From Asterias rubens (taxonomy: Eukaryota), in NCBI RefSeq assembly GCF_902459465.1, contig NC_047070.1, positions 19,654,001 to 19,718,000 of the forward strand: 64,000 bases of DNA. Direction: 5' to 3'. The position numbers and the translations under genes were made by a program. The notes beneath the pieces are model-generated. The model was not told the DNA's origin. It saw nothing but the letters and a program-made list of their open reading frames with translations, and did no database searches. This document shows positions 55,301 to 64,000 of the stretch, in pieces (within the stretch, counting starts at the first letter, position 1; every line of letters begins with the position of its first letter).

Positions 55301-58300
55301 GTAGCGTCCACATGCTTCTCAAAAAGGTATTTTAAAATGTTCCATGGCTGTGCAAATTCATGTGGGTTATTACAATAAGATATCCCAAATTGGGTTACCT
55401 AAAAGATATCCCAAATGGGTATTCACAAGATATCCCAAATGGGGTGTCCTGAAGATATCCCAAATGGGTGTTCACAAGATATCCCAAATGGGTATTAATA
55501 AGATATCCCAAATGGGGTGTCCTGAAGATATCCCAAATGGGTATTCACAAGATATCCCTTGTGGGGTGTCCTGAAGATATCCAAAAAGGGGTGTCCTGAA
55601 GATATCCCAAATGGGTATTCACAAGATATCCCAAATGGGGTGTCCTGAAGATATCCCAAATGGAGTGTCCTGAAGATATCCCAAATGGGTATTTACAAGA
55701 TATCCCAAATGGGTATCCGAAAGATATCCCAAATAGGTTGTTGTGGAGATTTCCAAAATGGTATCCACAAAAAATCCCAAATGGGTTACTTGAAGATATC
55801 CCAAATGGATACTCAGAAGATATCCCAAATGGGTGTCTTGAAGATATCCAATAATGGTATCCACAAGATTTCTTTGTCAAGGTATTAATTTTTTATAAAA
55901 TAAGTGTATCAGGAATTTAAGACAGCTTGTCTGAAATGTTGTGGTTTGATTCATTCCACAGCTCCAGTTTTTATTTGAGCTTCCAGCCAGACTCAAGAAA
56001 TGCATTGAGATGAAAGCGTACAGCCAGGCTGTCAGGTGAGATTAGTTTGTAAAGGCTGAGTCACACTGCAGCGATAAAGAAAACGAAAACGATCACGGTT
56101 GAATTGCTCCGCACAGAATACGCCCATCCTCATTCAACCAATCAAGGGCGTGCATTGTTAACATTCTTGTTTTTGCGTTCTCTTTATCAAGGCCTGTGTG
56201 ACCGGACCTTTAGGGTCAAGCGGTCTTTAGTGCATGATACTCAAGTGTTGGCATAAGTCCTGTTCGTAACACATTTACCTTTTAGCTAGAACTTAAAATA
56301 TTTGTCATTACGGAAAGCTCCATTGAAGATTTTCTTTCCCCCATTTTGGAAATTAGCATTGGCTGAAGGAGGTTTTATTCAAAAGAGGGCGCTATCGGAA
56401 GCATTTTGTACATACTGAGTTGACTGTATGGGAGGGACACAGAATCTTGGGGCGGAGGGACAGAATCTCCTGCCACATCGGCATGTGAAACCAGATATTG
56501 CCGGTCCAAGTCCCACTCAAGTCTTTCTTTCCTTTGCTCAGCCCCTAATTATTTGTACAAAATTGTTCCAAGGGTTTTAATAACTGATGTTCATAACATG
56601 GAATGTATGCACAGGTACTATGTGAAGGCCAGGGCTGTCTTACTTCAGTATCAGCACATGTCATCGTTCCACGGCATTCAACAAGACTGCAATGAGATTG
56701 TCAATGAGCTACGTACAAAACTCAGAGAGCAATTCGGCAATCGAGAGGTACTAACCTAGAGCCCAGTTACACCCACCCCTTACTATTAAGATTACATATC
56801 TTTATCCTAGTTACTCCCACCACTTACCAGTCTTTATCTCAGTTACACCCACCCCTTACCAGTCTTTATCCCAGTTAAACCCACCCCTAACTGTTAAGAT
56901 TACCAGTCTTTATCCCAGTTACACCCACCCCTTACCAGTCTTTATTCCAGTTACACCCACCCCTTACCAGTCTTTATTCCAGTTACACCCACCCCTAACT
57001 GTTAAGATTACCAGTCTTTATCCCAGTTACACCCACCCCTTACCAGTCTTTATTCCAGTTACACCCACCCCTTACCAGTCTTTATTCCAGTTACACCCAC
57101 CCCTTACCAGTCTTTATCCCAGTTACACCCACCCCTAACTATTAAGATTACCAGTCTTTATCCCAGTTACACCCACCCCTTACCAGTCTTTATCCCAGTT
57201 ACACCCACCCCTTACCAGTCTTTATCCCAGTTACACCCACCCCTAATTGTTAAGATTACCAGTCTTTATCCCTGTTACACCCACCCCTTACCAGTCTTTA
57301 TCCCAGTTACACCCACCCCTAATTGTTAAGATTACCAGTCTTTATCCCAGTTACACCCACCCCTTACCAGTCTTTATCCCAGTTACACCCACCCCTTACC
57401 AGTCTTTATCCCAGTTACACCCACCCCTTACCAGTCTTTATCCCAGTTACACCCACCCCTTACCAGTCTTTATCCCAGTTACACCCACCCCTTACCAGTC
57501 TTTATCCCAGTTACACCCACCCCTTACCAGTCTTTATCCCAGTTACACCCACCCCTTACCAGTCGTTATCCCAGTTACACCCACCCCTTACCAGTCTTTA
57601 TCCCAGTTACACCCACCCCTTACCAGTCTTTATCCCAGTTACACCCACCCCTTACCAGTCTTTATCCCAGTTACACCCACCCCTTACCAGTCTTTATTCC
57701 AGTTACACCCACCCCTAACTGTTAAGATTACCAGTCTTTATCCCAGTTACACCCACCCCTTACCAGTCTTTATTCCAGTTACACCCACCCCTTACCAGTC
57801 TTTATTCCAGTTACACCCACCCCTTACCAGTCTTTATTCCAGTTACACCCACCCCTAACTATTAAGATTACCAGTCTTTATCCCAGTTACACCCACCCCT
57901 TACCAGTCTTTATCCCAGTTACACCCACCCCTAACTATCAAGATTACCAGTCTTCATCCCAGTCCTTAAAGACGAAAATTATTTTTGTTTTATTCATTTT
58001 TCAAAAAAGCTACAGCACTTCAGCAAGTAATATTTTAAGGGAAGTTTTCTACCATTAACTGTGTGAGTTTGTTGTAAAACTGTGGATATTGTGTTTTGTG
58101 TCCTTCAAAAAGTACCCAGACCCTTTAATGTTTGTACATGGTTGACTCGGCAATCAACCATTAATATTTGTCCATCCCTCTTTAGTCGAGTGCACAGCAA
58201 CTTGCAGAGAGTGTGGATCTTCTTCTTCAGTTAAAGGAACCACCGGATGAACTCTGCGATGAATTCCTCTCTCAGTAAGTAATTTTGCAAAGCAGTGTAG

Positions 58301-61300
58301 ATGAATCAATACTGTTGTACCAGGGGGTTGATTCCACTAAAGAGCTTAGATAGAGCAACAGCTAACTGAAAGTAATCACAAAGACTTCACTATGGTCTAG
58401 AGATTGTATCTCACCATTCCAGGGCAGACTCATGAATATTTCAGATGTGTCAAACAAATTATTATTGCTACACGACAAACTACGGGCCTTGCCACACGAA
58501 GCAACGTTTACAGCCAACTTGGAGGCAACCAACTGCAGTGCATGCTACAGGCCCACTTTGGTAGCAAACAGGTCATGTTTCTAACATTGTATTACGATCC
58601 ACCCCCCACAAGAGAAATAGGCGAACGTTCAAATGTGAATGCTTTTTCTTCATGGAGATTGCCTGGAACTGGTTGCCAGAAATTGCCTGTGACATGGCCC
58701 TAAGGCTGGTCTATGTACCAGTCAATGGGGATTCTCTTGAGACAGCGGACTAGTCTATGTTGTACAAACTCCAGCAAGTAAACCACCTGGCCCTGATGAA
58801 TCCCCACCCCTAGCATACTAACATTTTTCCGTTTTTGTTTCTTGTTTCCCGTAATAGTGCAATGCAGAAGCTTGATGAAGACTTAGCGGAGATAGCAGCC
58901 CAGGTTGATCCAGCGTTGGTTGGTACCCAGCAGAACGAACAAGATGTTGAGACTGAGGAGAGAGATGAGAAGAGACCAGCCGAGAAACTCATGCGAAGTA
59001 TACCAATGGTGGGTCACATTGATTTGTTTGTTCGTTTGTCTGTGGAGATGATCTTCCCGTCAAGGGAACTCGGCAAACTCCCACAAGGGGATTTAAACAC
59101 CAAGCTGGCAACAGCCAATCTCTCTCATACAAACATTGGTTGATGCTATGGTTATGAGTTGCACATATCAAGAAGTTTTGACTACTACTGCTAACCTAAA
59201 CTCTAACCCTAACATGTAAACTAAGGGTGCGTTCGATTAGCTTCCCTGGGTCGACCCGGTCTGCCATCGGTACGTTCGAATAGGTTTGACGTCATACCAG
59301 GGGCTCACCCAAGTCAGCCCAGGTGCCCTGCTTGTGGAGTGGGTCATTTGGGGTGGCCCGAGGTGCATGACGTCACCACGAGAGGGTGAGTGAATGTTTT
59401 ATTAGCTCTTGTCAGGGGCTCACCTGAATGAGCACACTACGGGGTTGACCCAGGGAAGCTAATCAAACGCACCCTAAGAGGGCAAACTCGGAGTAATGAT
59501 ATGGTTGTTGGAACATATGCATGTCAGAATATAGAGAAGTCACCAAAATGTTCGTTGTAACAAATGGAAGTGGCCTGTACCTCTGGCCTGTTCTTACAAG
59601 AACGAACTATCGGCGCTTGCAGTTTTGAGATTTAAAAAAAAATTTGTTTAGTAGGTGTCATGGCCGAGTGGTTTTGAGCATCAAATTCCAAGCTTTGTTG
59701 GTTAAAACATTGGAGTGTGGGTTCAGATGACATTTGTGTCCTCGAGCAAGCAGCTTAGCTAAAATTGCTTCTCTTATCTTCCCATCTCATCTGCAGGACA
59801 TCCTGGAGTTTGTTGACAGTAGTTGTAACAGCTTCTTGAGTAACATCAGTCTACTCATTGCATCTTATAAGGAGCTGTTTGTGGACAGGCAAGCAACGGA
59901 GTAAGTATCCATTGTTTTGTCCTTTTGTTGGGTAGTGTCTTGCGTCCCTCCCCAGATCAATTGGGGTGCTGTGGCTAAGTGGATAAGAGCACCAAACTCA
60001 AGCTCTGATGCTTCTGTTCAGCAGAGTGTGGGTTTGACTCCCGGTCGTGACACTTGTGTCCCTGAGCAAGACACTTAACTATAATTTCTTCTCTCCACCC
60101 AGGGGTAAATGGGTGCCTGTGAGAGCAGAGATGGTTCTTGTGATTGATATAGCTGAGTAGCGCATAGTTGTTGCACAGGCTGTAAACTCCACAGCTATAA
60201 CTAAGCACAGAATGGCCCAATGCATCATAAGTTTGCGATGAACTTTTACTTTGTGACCACTAACGAGTCATCGCAAGATTGTCATCGCTCACTAAAACTT
60301 TGCGATGAGTATACTCATCGCAAAGTTTTAGTGAAATCGCTATCCAAAATCCATCGCTAAGTCGCGATGGATTTTGGATTTAGCGATCGATTTCGGCGTT
60401 TGCGATGATCGCAAAGCGCGTGCGGCCCCTGTATCTCTTAGGGATGGGCCTGGGATTATGTTTTGTTTTTGTTTTATTGCTTCTGCCTCGGTTTTAAAGT
60501 TCTTTGATTTGCCTTGTATTTTATTTATTTTTCTGGTATTCTTGTAAATAATATTTATAAAATAATAATAATCCCGTACCTATTGAGTTCTTTTTGCAGA
60601 AATAAACAACTGCTTGTGAACAAATTATTCGACTATGTATACATGAAACACTCTTTCTTGCACAACAAAGGCCAATTTAATAAACCTGGGGTGGATTTCA
60701 CAAAGAGTTAGGACTAGTCCTAACTTAGGACTAGTCCTAGGAGATATGTAAAAACGTATGGCTAGTCCTAAGTAAGGACGAGTAACTCGTCCTAACTCTA
60801 GATAAGACTAGTCTTAACTCTTTGTGACATCCACCCCTGAAGACTTAATTTTTGAGGATAATAACTGATAAGTTGACTGATTTTGTGATCATTATTAGTT
60901 CACAAGAACAGGAGGCTCTGGAGCAGGTGGCACACGCTAAGCTAGCTGAGTTTGTCAACTCCCGTATGCAGCAGTACTTTGTGTACATTGATGACAGGAT
61001 CAAAGCAGAGGTGGGTAGTGCATCAAGACTAGTGGACAAACAAATGTGTGTATGGTTGGATAGTATCATTTGAGTAGATTCAGGACTTAGAATGGACTCA
61101 TTATATGTAGAATCTCTTTATAACAGTGCTCTTTACAATAAGGGTTGACTCTGTATTTCTTTCTCTGAAAACTGTTTTGAATTTTTTCCACGTCGAACAG
61201 AAGAGCACAGTGGATAACTCCTTGCTGGTGCGCGCCCTTGATCGTTTCTACCGTCGGCTACTCGCAACGGACCGCCTCGTTCCACAACTCAAGATCATTG

Positions 61301-61380
61301 AGCGTGCCTCGGCCATCATAGCCCAGAGTGGTCATGAGAGGGCGCTGTTTTACTTTGATGGACTGAAGCGTCATTTTTCA

Positions 61381-61437
<57 letters not shown>

Positions 61438-64000
61438 AATACTAACCAGTTTTTATATATATTTTTATGAGTTGGGCACCAGTTGCAAAAATGTTAACTT
61501 TATGTAATTTTAGCTGGTAACCAGTTTCTGTTTTTTTTTCTCTAAGCTCGGCAAGTTTTTGATGAAAGTATTCAGAAGGGGAACTTTCCCAGGTTATTTT
61601 GAAACAAGTTTCTCATGTGGTTTCCTTCTTTGTTTCTTTAGAGTGCATGACGGACATTCGTCAGACTCTGTGTGCCCCGAGATCTGCTGGCAAGAAAGAT
61701 AAACTAGACATGATAGATCTACTGAATACAACTTCAACATCCATTGTAGAACAGATCAAGGCCATCCTCACAAATCTCAAGGTCAAATAAATTTCTGATT
61801 TTCCCTTCGACACTTGTCCTAACCTTTTTGTGAAGTAGAAAAGATATAGAATTGCAAGATTTAATTTTCATCGAGTACAGGCCTTGAAGTTATTAACGGG
61901 ACTCGCAGCACTTTGCAGTAGTGCTCTTTTGTTGTGATGCTCTTTACAAAGTTTCAATAATGGAATCAAAGAGTAGGCGACGAGTTCTTAAACGGCCGTT
62001 TAAACCCGGCCGGTTCTCCGCCGTGTGATAATGCCCCGAGCCGAAGGTGAGGGCTTTTATCGCACGGACACGACCCTGCAAGGTTTTAAATGGCCGTTTA
62101 AGAGCCGGTTGGTTCTGCTTGATGTTTTGTTCAGTGTGCTCATAAGACGGTAGAGTACACTGAACAAAATGTTGGGCAGAACCAACCAGCTCATCTCAGA
62201 ACCGCCAGTACTAACAAAAGAGATTTTTACATGGTGTCACCACAAACCTTAGTTAGTGTGTTTCCACCATGCATATACCACAAACCTTTCCTTTAAAGGC
62301 AGTGTACACTATTGGTAATTACTCAAAATACCTATTAGCATAAAACCTTACTTGATAACGAGTAATGGGGAGAGGTTGATGGTATGAAACATTGTGAGAA
62401 ACAGCTCCCTCTGAAGTGACGTAGTTTTCGAGAAAGAAGTAATTTTCCACGAATTTGATTTTGAGACCTCAAGCATTTTCTTTCATTATTATCTCGCAAC
62501 TTCGACGACAGATTGAGCTCAAATTTTCACAGGTTGGTTATTTTATGTATATGTTGAGATACACCAAGTGAGAAGACTGGTCTTTGACAATTACCAATAG
62601 TGTCCAGTGTCTTTAAAGTTTCTTTCAAAAATAATGATTAATGAGGAATGCTAAGAACAAACTTGTAAGAGGTTGATACTGAGCAGTGATTTTTTTCTGT
62701 TTTTGTTTCTGCAGGCATTTATTGCCAACGACATTACATTCTCCCAGACGCCATATTTCCGAGGTCCATTCTGCCAGGACGATGTTCGTGAAGGCCTCAT
62801 TGTGGCATTCTTCAGACACATGCTAACTGCTTCTTGCGTGAGTTGACTGGACACTATCAGAAATCTAGCTTCAACCTGTTTGAATAAAGACTAACTTTGC
62901 GATGCCGATGTCTGCAAAAGCCTGACAGGGATGTGCAATCAGTGTATTCAAATGTTTACTAAGTGCTGTGTGTAACATTTGTATCAAGACAACAATTGCT
63001 TTTCTGTTGCTTTCTTTCGAAAAAGCATTTGGAAAATAAAAATAATAAAATCCATTCATTCCTAGTATTGCATAAATACAACCACTTTCCCATTAGCACC
63101 TACATAGGGTCAGCGATAAAAGCCCTATGTGTTTCTAGATGGCCCTCCCCTTCAATATGTATTTTTTCTTCAAAGCCAAGGTTTTATTACTCAATGTTTA
63201 CTTGAGTGGAAATTAATATACAACAACTCGAATTCTCTCTCCCTTGTAGGACCTCTGTGACGGAGTCGGTGAGAAGAGTTCCTCTACAGCTCCTCCCCTC
63301 ATCCTTGTTCTCTCAAGACTTCTTCTAGACTTTGAGTCGTCTACAATCAGTCAGTTGGTGAGTCCTGCACCCAGATCTCAGGCTTCAATTATAGCTTAGC
63401 ATTTTGTTTCCACTGCTAAGCAACTATTATAATTGTCTGGTGATGTTTATACAGAAATGAGTGGACTTAAAGTTGTTCTTAAATTTATACCGACAGACCG
63501 TATCAAACAGCCCCTTTGTTGCTGTAAAAGTGGCCATCTTATAGGGCAGGCCGTATGCCTGTCTATACACGTACATCAATAATGCACACAGCGTTCCTGG
63601 TTTGATTTATGTGGCACGTACACGCACACAAATGAAAACAAATGAAAGAAAACAGACATAACTAAATTAGTCCTTGAAAACCTGTGACATAAGTGAAGTT
63701 TTGAGAAGAGATTTGAATTTTGTGGTACAAAATCTAAGATTAAGTGGTAGAGAGTTCCGTGGCACAGCTGAAGAAAAAGACCTGTCACCCCAGGAGTGTC
63801 GAGACCTGGGTTCAATGAGGAGAAGCATGGAACTTGATCAAAGGTTCCTTGGCGAAGTAGTTCTGAGAAATAGTGGGGAGCCTTGTCATTGAGACAACAA
63901 GCAACAGCTTGAAGATGGCTCAATGAGAGATATATTGCCAGTGAAGTTGCTTTAGAATCAACTGAATCGAACGTCGCTTCTCTTTTTATCTCATAGATGG
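52377..64000 (+). CDS. VPS51: Vacuolar protein sorting-associated protein 51 (GARP/EARP subunit), 3'-truncated by the window edge
   Basis: First exon 52377-52395 (MAATRE) or 53666-53693, then 53920-54126, 54688-54773, 55171-55326, 55962-56035, 56615-56747, 58186-58274, 58858-59008, 59797-59900, 60899-61010, 61201-61381, 61642-61781, 62715-62837, 63250-63357 and 63997 onward; phases consistent. Hallmarks include [49 protein letters not shown] and [10 protein letters not shown]. Confidence 0.96.
53230..53690. promoter_or_regulatory. Candidate bidirectional housekeeping-type promoter
   Basis: CpG-containing region with ETS-like CCGGAAG/CGGAAGT, NRF1-like TGCGCGCATG and AAGACGGCGGC (-), upstream of the VPS51 exon at 53666. 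Confidence 0.35.
53789..53818. repeat. (GAA)10 microsatellite
   Basis: Read directly from the sequence. Confidence 0.95.
55377..55866. repeat. 24/25-bp minisatellite (~20 units) in a VPS51 intron
   Basis: Core AAGATATCCCAAATGGG plus TATTCAC- or GTGTCCTG-type endings; degenerates toward the 3' end. Confidence 0.92.
56762..57962. repeat. 32/44-bp minisatellite (~34 units, ~1.2 kb) in a VPS51 intron
   Basis: Unit TTACCAGTCTTTATCCCAGTTACACCCACCCC; about 9 units carry a 12-bp insert TAACTRTTAAGA. Confidence 0.96.
59222..59477. mobile_element. Harbinger-type MITE (TAA TSD)
   Basis: TAA|GGGTGCGTTCGATTAGCTTCCCTGGGTC...GACCCAGGGAAGCTAATCAAACGCACCC|TAA. Confidence 0.88.
59968..60200 (-). mobile_element. 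tRNA-Leu-headed SINE with a central CTCCACCCAGGGGTAAATGGGT box (element reads on the + strand)
   Basis: A-box TGGCTAAGTGG and a B-box variant on the + strand, then GAGCAAGACACTTAAC and the central box. A shorter copy lies at ~59655-59770. Confidence 0.7.
60228..60429. repeat. Cluster of stacked inverted repeats including a perfect 44-bp palindrome
   Basis: 60290-60333 is perfectly self-complementary; 16-bp arms with a 6-nt loop at 60342-60379; ends in GGCCCCTG, like a CWG-type terminus. Confidence 0.8.
60686..60839. mobile_element. CWG-TSD MITE
   Basis: CTG|GGGTGGATTTCACAAAGAGTT...AACTCTTTGTGACATCCACCC|CTG. Confidence 0.88.
61384..61442. repeat. (AAT)n microsatellite starting within a VPS51 splice donor
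   Basis: TCAG|gt followed directly by about 19 AAT units with one AAA interruption. Confidence 0.92.
62293..62616 (+). mobile_element. Kolobok-type MITE with an internal deletion
   Basis: TTAA TSDs and TIRs as at 19149; lacks about 60 bp of the centre. Confidence 0.85.
63575..63960 (-). mobile_element. Decayed L2-clade LINE 3' fragment
   Basis: Same family as 42575-43075 ([11 protein letters not shown]; shared 3' UTR), with frameshifts. Confidence 0.82.

Noticed and set aside
55377-55866. CRISPR-like repeat-spacer pattern
   Set aside because: The 'spacers' are only 7-8 nt and related to each other, there are no cas genes, and the array lies in a eukaryotic intron. It is a minisatellite.
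55344-55888. Several repetitive ORFs ([18 protein letters not shown])
   Set aside because: They are products of the 24/25-bp minisatellite on both strands.
57247-57858. 203-aa and 131-aa Pro/Thr-rich ORFs
   Set aside because: They are translations of the 32/44-bp minisatellite inside a VPS51 intron.
61126-61470. ORF ending in poly-Asn
   Set aside because: It is a VPS51 exon read through its donor into the (AAT)n microsatellite.

Overview
AT-rich, intron-rich animal genomic DNA; an invertebrate deuterostome such as an echinoderm is my guess from gene and repeat style, not checked. I built six protein-coding genes by hand from GT/AG boundaries with consistent exon phases: (1) RNF24/RNF122-like TM-RING-H2 ligase (-, 5096-7777); (2) BTB + 3-box/BACK-like + AT-hook + 10 C2H2 zinc-finger protein (+, 11053-13970); (3) PGM3, 19 exons (-, 20687-38221); (4) an unrecognised 745-aa, largely low-complexity protein with four AKAP-like amphipathic helices and a C-terminal CNCL (-, 39354-43216); (5) an SLC16/MCT-family MFS transporter (-, 44821-47821); (6) VPS51 (+, from 52377 or 53666, running off the right edge). 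A possible first exon of another gene lies at about 1.8-2.2 kb (-). Introns and intergenic DNA are packed with non-autonomous DNA transposons (TTAA Kolobok-type; TWA-, CWG- and AT-TSD types), tRNA-Leu-headed SINEs, RTE and L2 fragments, long foldback palindromes and minisatellites. I found no autonomous transposase, CRISPR array, rRNA or credible tRNA gene. Most interesting: the candidate multivalent AKAP, tandem duplications of exon 3' ends plus splice donors (one gives an empty-versus-filled MITE site), two candidate first exons for VPS51, and a 631-bp foldback. All alignments and motif calls were made by eye; no searches were run.
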